A program made the translations under genes and the position numbers. Shown here piece after piece: positions 23,807 to 26,786 of a DNA stretch of 26,786 nucleotides. The stretch's first letter is position 1. Each line of letters begins with the position of its first letter. The notes under the pieces are model-generated. The model worked only from the letters and a program-made list of their open reading frames with translations. It ran no database searches and was not told where the DNA came from. Source of the stretch: a candidate division WOR-3 bacterium (GTDB taxonomy: Bacteria > Hydrothermota > Tepidihabitantia > Tepidihabitantales > Tepidihabitantaceae); assembly GCA_965649225.1 (NCBI GenBank), contig CBFGJX010000027.1, forward strand, positions 1 to 26,786, read 5' to 3'.

Positions 23807-25120
23807 TTACGGCTCAACAGCAGTGTAAAAGGCACTACGGCCTCGGAAAACCCGCATTGCCAGAGGACGATCGCTCCCGGCCAACGACCTTCGGATGCGC
23901 AGAAAATCGGCACGGCTCCGGACTGGCGTCAGATTTATCTCAACGATCACATCCCCGACTACCAGTCCGGCATCAGCCGCCGGCGCACCGGGTTCAAGGG
24001 CACTTACCACGACACCAGCTGCCAAGCCGGTACGGGCGCGGTCGGTTTCCTCAAGGTCGCGCACCCCAAGCCCCAGCCAGAGAACGGGTTGCAGTTGCGG
24101 CTGCGGTTCTGGCGACACGCCCGGCCAAGCTCCGAGCACAAACGAAACGGCTGCCTCCCGGCCACCGCGGATGAAAACCAGCCTCACCTCACTTCCAGGC
24201 GGATAGCCGGTGATCGTATTTTGAAACCAGCGCACATCGGTAACACGCCTGCCGTTGAGTTCGACGATGATATCGCCGGGCCGCAATCCCGCCTTGATTG
24301 CCGGACCGCCTGCCGCCAGAGCAGCAATCAGAACCCCACCGCTGTCGGAGTAAGCCAACGCCTCGCGCAACGGGCCGGTGAGTTCCTGAGCATTGATCCC
24401 GGAGAACCCGCGCCGTACGAATCCGCTGGCAATCAGCATCCTGGCAACATCCCGCGCGAGGTTGGACGGAATGGCGAACCCGATACCGGTATGCCCTCCT
24501 GATTCAGTACGAATAAAACTGCTCACCCCAACCACCAGCCCCCGGGCATCAATGAGTGGCCCACCGGAGTTGCCAGGATTGATGAGCGCGTCAGTCTGGA
24601 TGAAATCCTGAAAGTCCGGGCCCGACCGTTTCGGCAATCCCCATCGGGAAAGACCGCTTACCACGCCGCTCGAAAATGAACCGTCCAGACCAAACGGGCT
24701 GCCGACTGCGGCGACTGACTGCCCCAGCTCCAGGCGGTCCGAATCGGCCCACTCGATCGGAATCAGCCCACGCACGCCCTCGACCTTAAGCACGGCCAGG
24801 TCGGTCACGGGATCGCGGCCAAGCACTCGCACCTGGTCAGCCGCGACCGTCCTGCCATCGCTGAATCGCACCGTGACTGTTTGATAATCGGCTATGACAT
24901 GGTCGCAGGTTAGAATGTGGCCGAGCGTATCAATGACAAAACCGCTACCAACACCGCGGACAGAATAACGACGCAGTGTTCCTTTGCTTCTGCGCCGACG
25001 CAGCTTCTCGGTAGCGAGTGAAACCACCGATGGCATGACCCGGCGTGCCGCAAGCACCAATGGCTCCTCGGCAACAACGGTCGTTGCAAAAATCAGCAGG
25101 GCGAGCCGAACGGCAATCAC
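23807..25120 (-). CDS. htrA: HtrA/DegP (Do family) serine protease with two PDZ domains
   Basis: GSGFVI, triad LTCDHV / DPVTDLA / INPGNSGG, IQTDA, GIGFAIP, two PDZ domains (GPAIKAGLRPGDII, APAADAGLVVGDVI). GTG 25120 overlaps the upstream TGA and is followed by a signal peptide. Confidence 0.93.
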   Translation of the reverse strand: MIAVRLALLIFATTVVAEEPLVLAARRVMPSVVSLATEKLRRRRSKGTLRRYSVRGVGSGFVIDTLGHILTCDHVIADYQTVTVRFSDGRTVAADQVRVLGRDPVTDLAVLKVEGVRGLIPIEWADSDRLELGQSVAAVGSPFGLDGSFSSGVVSGLSRWGLPKRSGPDFQDFIQTDALINPGNSGGPLIDARGLVVGVSSFIRTESGGHTGIGFAIPSNLARDVARMLIASGFVRRGFSGINAQELTGPLREALAYSDSGGVLIAALAAGGPAIKAGLRPGDIIVELNGRRVTDVRWFQNTITGYPPGSEVRLVFIRGGREAAVSFVLGAWPGVSPEPQPQLQPVLWLGLGVRDLEETDRARTGLAAGVVVSALEPGAPAADAGLVVGDVIVEINLTPVRSRADFLRIRRSLAGSDRPLAMRVFRGRSAFYTAVEP

Positions 25121-25668
25121 CTTGTACCGCGGGCGGCAGTTCCCAACCGGAAACCCTCCTCCAGACATTTGATGTTCACCGGTATAGTCTTGGGCTTACG
25201 GGCAAACTCATGCCTGGCCATATCAACGATCGCAGCGAAGGGCAGCAAGTCAACCGCGCCGGCATAGGCACCCAGCATTACCATGTTCGCCGCCTTGCCC
25301 GTCCCTGCCTCGATGGCAATCTGATTCGCCGGGACCTCGATGACCTTGAGGTCATCACGTTCCGGCCGTCTCGGAATCAACGAGGTATTGACGACCGCAA
25401 CACCGCCGGGCTGTAACGCTGGCACGAAACGTTCCATCGATGGCAGGTTCATCACGACGCAATCACGCGGATGCGACACTATCGGCGAGGCTATTGGCCC
25501 GTCGGCGATGATCACCGTGCAGTTGGCTGTTCCGCCGCGCATCTCCGGGCCGTAGGACGGAAGCCAGACAACCTCCCGACCCTGCTGCATCGCCACCTCC
25601 GCCCACAACTTGCCCGCCAGCAGAACGCCCTGTCCACCAAAACCGGCGAAGACCGTTTCAACCTGCAC
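25117..25668 (-). CDS. 2-oxoacid:ferredoxin oxidoreductase gamma subunit
   Basis: FAGFGGQGVLLAG, WLPSYGPEMRGGTANC, ANMVMLGA; GTG 25668 with AGAGGAGG SD. Confidence 0.92.
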   Translation of the reverse strand: MQVETVFAGFGGQGVLLAGKLWAEVAMQQGREVVWLPSYGPEMRGGTANCTVIIADGPIASPIVSHPRDCVVMNLPSMERFVPALQPGGVAVVNTSLIPRRPERDDLKVIEVPANQIAIEAGTGKAANMVMLGAYAGAVDLLPFAAIVDMARHEFARKPKTIPVNIKCLEEGFRLGTAARGTR

Positions 25669-26443
25669 TGCCTGCCTCCTCTTGACCAGCTCCAGCCTGT
25701 TGATCCTCCGGTTTTCGGAAATTCTTGACCGGGTAGTAGGGTAACATGTTGTTCTCAAGCCAGCGAGTCGCATCACGGGGTGTCATACCCCAGTTGGTTG
25801 GACAGGTTGAAAGAACTTCAACGAAACCAAAACAGCGATTCTCGACCTGATATTTGAATGCCTGCAGGATCGCCCTCTTTGCCTTGACGATATAGGTCGG
25901 GTGGTGAACCGCTACCCTTTCGACATAAGCCGGTGTACGCAGCGCAGCCAGCAACTCGCACATTCGAATCGGATAGCCGACATCGGAAATGTCCCGACCT
26001 GAGGGGGAAGTTGTCGTCACCTGACCCGGCATTGTCGTCGGGGCCATTTGCCCGCCGGTCATACCGTAAATCGCGTTATTGATGAAAATGATCGTGATCT
26101 TTTCACCTCGATTCGCGGCGTGGATTGTTTCCGCCATACCGATGGAGGCAAGATCGCCATCTCCTTGATAGGTAAAAACAATCAGGTCTGGACGAGCACG
26201 TTTGATGCCCGTCGCAACCGCTGGTGCCCGCCCGTGCGCCGCCTGCATGAAGTCGACGTTGAAGTAGTTGAACGCCAGCACCGAACAACCCACTGGCGCG
26301 ATACCGACAGTTCGTTCGCGGATACCCAGTTCATCAATCGCCTCGGCGACAAGGCGATGAACTACCCCATGTGTGCACCCGGGACAGTAGTGGGTAGCGT
26401 TGCTACTCAGAGCTTCGGGCCGCCTGAAAATGACAGTTGCCAT
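25658..26443 (-). CDS. 2-oxoacid:ferredoxin oxidoreductase beta (TPP-binding) subunit, 2-ketoisovalerate (Vor)-like
   Basis: HYCPGCTHG, PVGCS, AHGRAPAVATG, YQGDGDLASIG...NNAIYGMTGGQMAPT, LSTCPTNW. Confidence 0.93.
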   Translation of the reverse strand: MATVIFRRPEALSSNATHYCPGCTHGVVHRLVAEAIDELGIRERTVGIAPVGCSVLAFNYFNVDFMQAAHGRAPAVATGIKRARPDLIVFTYQGDGDLASIGMAETIHAANRGEKITIIFINNAIYGMTGGQMAPTTMPGQVTTTSPSGRDISDVGYPIRMCELLAALRTPAYVERVAVHHPTYIVKAKRAILQAFKYQVENRCFGFVEVLSTCPTNWGMTPRDATRWLENNMLPYYPVKNFRKPEDQQAGAGQEEAGSAG

Positions 26444-26458
26444 CCTTGAATTGTCTCC

Positions 26459-26785
26459 CTAGTGTTTGGTCAGGTATTGCCTTGCCTGCTCGACGACTTC
26501 TTCTGGACTCGGTACGATACCGCCGGTGCGGCCGAAGAAGTGAACCGGCAGATCCGGTCCGACTGAAAGCCTCACGTCGTCAAACATCTGCCCCATGCTC
26601 ATCTCGACGACAAGCACAAACCGCGCCCGACGTGCCAGTTCCCGCACCCGGACTTCCGGGAAAGGAAACAGAGTTATTGGCCGCAACAGAGCTGCCTTGA
26701 CGCCAACGGCGTCCAGCAGACTGATCGCCGTCCGGCAGATTCGCGCGACAGTTCCGTAAGCGACAAGAAGGACGTCGTAGGGACG
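26459..26785 (-). CDS. 2-oxoacid:ferredoxin oxidoreductase alpha subunit, C-terminal part (5'-truncated by window end)
   Basis: Frame open to the window edge: RPYDVLLVAYGTVARICRTAI...GVKAALLRPITLFPFP...VVEMSMGQMFDDV...GRTGG. Confidence 0.9.
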   Translation of the reverse strand, partial: RPYDVLLVAYGTVARICRTAISLLDAVGVKAALLRPITLFPFPEVRVRELARRARFVLVVEMSMGQMFDDVRLSVGPDLPVHFFGRTGGIVPSPEEVVEQARQYLTKH

Positions 26786-26786
26786 A

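Noticed and set aside
1..26786. CRISPR arrays, IS/transposases, integrases, prophage, tRNA/rRNA, defence systems, alternative genetic code
   Set aside because: No spaced direct repeats, terminal inverted repeats, cloverleafs or relevant protein motifs seen; TAA, TAG and TGA all terminate conserved genes at expected positions.

Overview
Gene-dense, GC-rich (about 60% by eye) chromosomal window from a diderm bacterium (lptD-like gene) that is probably an anaerobe (2-oxoacid:ferredoxin oxidoreductase, HdrD/GlpC-like Fe-S protein, hypDE, bifunctional FBP aldolase/phosphatase). The two large Kelch-propeller/T9SS-like-CTD surface proteins resemble those I associate with candidate division WOR-3; that is pattern recall, not a search result. 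I call 25 CDSs, mostly housekeeping, and see no mobile element, CRISPR array, tRNA or rRNA. The most interesting signals are: (1) a shared C-terminal module on two secreted proteins (Ig/CARDB, then a Lys-ringed 6-blade Kelch propeller, a PxRSGxMA linker and a T9SS-like CTD); (2) a recurring TTGACN-N16-TANNNT promoter, four copies of which end 5-8 nt before an SD-less start codon (leaderless mRNAs), two with -35 boxes built on the upstream TGA stop; (3) two genes (EndoIII-like, ComF) with no canonical start for their conserved N-termini, both preceded by the same stop-TCGG-CTGAG junction; (4) a TGA exactly at the fourth Fe-S Cys position of the EndoIII-like protein; (5) a structured, two-state candidate 5' leader ahead of a beta-flower gene.
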